From NCBI GenBank assembly GCA_964344525.1, contig CAYFOB010000038.1, forward strand, positions 1 to 15,113: a stretch of DNA of 15,113 nucleotides, written 5' to 3'. Shown here one piece after another: positions 14,373 to 15,113 of this stretch. Origin of the DNA: an uncultured Thiomargarita sp. (GTDB lineage: Bacteria > Pseudomonadota > Gammaproteobacteria > Beggiatoales > Beggiatoaceae). Each line of letters starts with the position of its first letter. Within the stretch, counting starts at the first letter, position 1. Below the pieces are notes generated by a model. The model was not told where the DNA came from and did no database searches. It was given only the letters and a program-made list of their open reading frames with translations. The position numbers were made by a program, and so were the translations under genes.

Positions 14373-14843
14373 ATGTCTGACGAAAAAAAACTTGCGATTA
14401 TCGCAACAAAAGGCAGCCTTGATTGGGCTTATCCGCCTTTTATTCTTGCCTCAACCGCGGCGGCATTGGGTTACGATACGCAAATCTTTTTCACTTTTTA
14501 TGGCTTAGTTTTGCTAAAGAAAAAGCTCAATTTGCAAGTCACCTCGTTAGGCAATCCAGCAATGCCTATGCCCATGCCCGTTCCAGTTGTCATGCAAACT
14601 ATGCCTGGTATGCAAGCCATGATGTCGAGCATGATGAAGGCGAAAATGAAGAAAAAGGGTGTAGCCAGCATTGAGGAATTGCGTGACTTATGTTTTGAAG
14701 CTGATGTCAAAATGGTTGCTTGCCAAATGACGGTGGACTTGTTTGACTTCAAAACAGATGACTTTGTTGACGGTATTGAGTATGGTGGCGCTGCGACTTT
14801 TTTTGAGTTTGCAGGCGAATCTGATGTTTGTTTGTATATTTAA
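14373..14843 (+). CDS. DsrE/DsrF-like family protein (DsrE2-type sulfur-relay partner of TusA) with a Met/Pro-rich insert
   Basis: KLAIIATKGSLDWAYPPFILASTAAALGYDTQIFFTFYGLVLL resembles the DsrE/DsrF-fold N-terminus. A conserved-looking Cys sits in KMVACQMT. SD GAGGGGG is 8 nt upstream. It is adjacent to and co-oriented with tusA, the arrangement known from rhd-tusA-dsrE2 loci of sulfur oxidisers. Confidence 0.8.
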   Translation: MSDEKKLAIIATKGSLDWAYPPFILASTAAALGYDTQIFFTFYGLVLLKKKLNLQVTSLGNPAMPMPMPVPVVMQTMPGMQAMMSSMMKAKMKKKGVASIEELRDLCFEADVKMVACQMTVDLFDFKTDDFVDGIEYGGAATFFEFAGESDVCLYI

Positions 14844-14854
14844 GTGTTAAAATT

Positions 14855-14883
14855 CAAACCTACGAGCTTGTCTCGTAGGTTTG
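14855..14883 (+). terminator. Hairpin CAAACCTACGAG-CTTGT-CTCGTAGGTTTG after the dsrE-like gene
   Basis: 12-bp perfect stem 12 nt after the stop. No clean U-tract follows on the plus strand; on the minus strand GAATTTT follows. Confidence 0.4.
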
Positions 14884-14956
14884 GCAGCTAAATAAAATGA
14901 TATTCAAAATAGAAAATTTAGGTATTATCAAACGAGCAGAAGTTAACCTATAGCTT

Positions 14957-14999
14957 TTCAGATAAATAATTTTGGTAGGAGTCTAAACTTATTTATCTG
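14957..14999. repeat. Inverted repeat TCAGATAAATAA-(19 nt)-TTATTTATCTGA
   Basis: 12-bp perfect arms at 14957-14968 and 14988-14999 in the 3' intergenic region. Confidence 0.6.
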
Positions 15000-15012
15000 A
15001 TGTTACGCATAC

Positions 15013-15077
15013 TCGTTCCCAACCTCTGGTTGGGAATGCCTGTGGCGCGGCTTCGCCGCGCGGGACGCAAAGCGTCC
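15013..15077. other. Cluster of three consecutive short tri-loop hairpins (TTCCCAACC-TCT-GGTTGGGAA; GCGCGGC-TTC-GCCGCGC; GGGACGC-AAA-GCGTCCC), GC-rich in an AT-rich context, followed by AAGGAGGAGGAAGG at the window edge
   Basis: Direct inspection of 15013-15033, 15044-15060 and 15061-15077. All three stems are perfect, each with a 3-nt loop. Confidence 0.5.
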
Positions 15078-15113
15078 CTGATGGTGGCAAGGAGGAGGAA
15101 GGTCATTTTCATC

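Noticed and set aside
15013-15077. tRNA or tmRNA fragment in the GC-rich hairpin cluster
   Set aside because: No cloverleaf can be drawn, there is no T-loop (GTTCRANYC) or D-loop signature, and the stems are three independent tri-loop hairpins.
15001-15113. Minus-strand ORF entering from the right edge (...DENDLPPPCHHQGRFASRAAKPRHRHSQPEVGNEYA*)
   Set aside because: Low-complexity translation that coincides exactly with three GC-rich hairpins; it is more plausibly structured non-coding sequence.

Overview
This is a low-GC window (about 40-45% by eye) whose gene content fits a gammaproteobacterial sulfur oxidiser, possibly Beggiatoaceae-like; that taxonomic guess is inference. In order the window holds: (1) a reverse-strand SPFH/flotillin-like membrane protein that runs off the left edge, with a coiled-coil tail encoded by near-perfect 87-bp tandem repeats; (2) a sigma70-like promoter, a cobalamin riboswitch and a btuB-type TonB-dependent receptor; (3) a coiled-coil protein with a C-terminal PD-(D/E)xK-like nuclease-fold module; (4) a membrane CHASE3-HAMP-HAMP-GAF sensor with no output domain, followed by a clean intrinsic terminator; (5) an 849-aa bacterial homolog of the eukaryotic major vault protein (MVP), colinear with animal MVP from the N-terminal repeat domains to the cap-helix region; (6) convergent with MVP, a small coiled-coil ORF and a 987-aa NACHT-family STAND NTPase carrying a partial FGE-sulfatase (SUMF1-like) domain and Ala/Arg-rich repeats; (7) a siroheme synthase gene (cysG) split by a single frameshift; (8) a tusA-dsrE-like sulfur-trafficking gene pair; (9) an unusual cluster of GC-rich tri-loop hairpins at the right edge. 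The most notable content is the MVP homolog next to a NACHT NTPase, which loosely echoes the MVP + TEP1 (NACHT-containing) composition of eukaryotic vaults, inside what looks like an accessory insertion between core btuB and cysG genes. All homology statements are from memory of protein families, not from searches.
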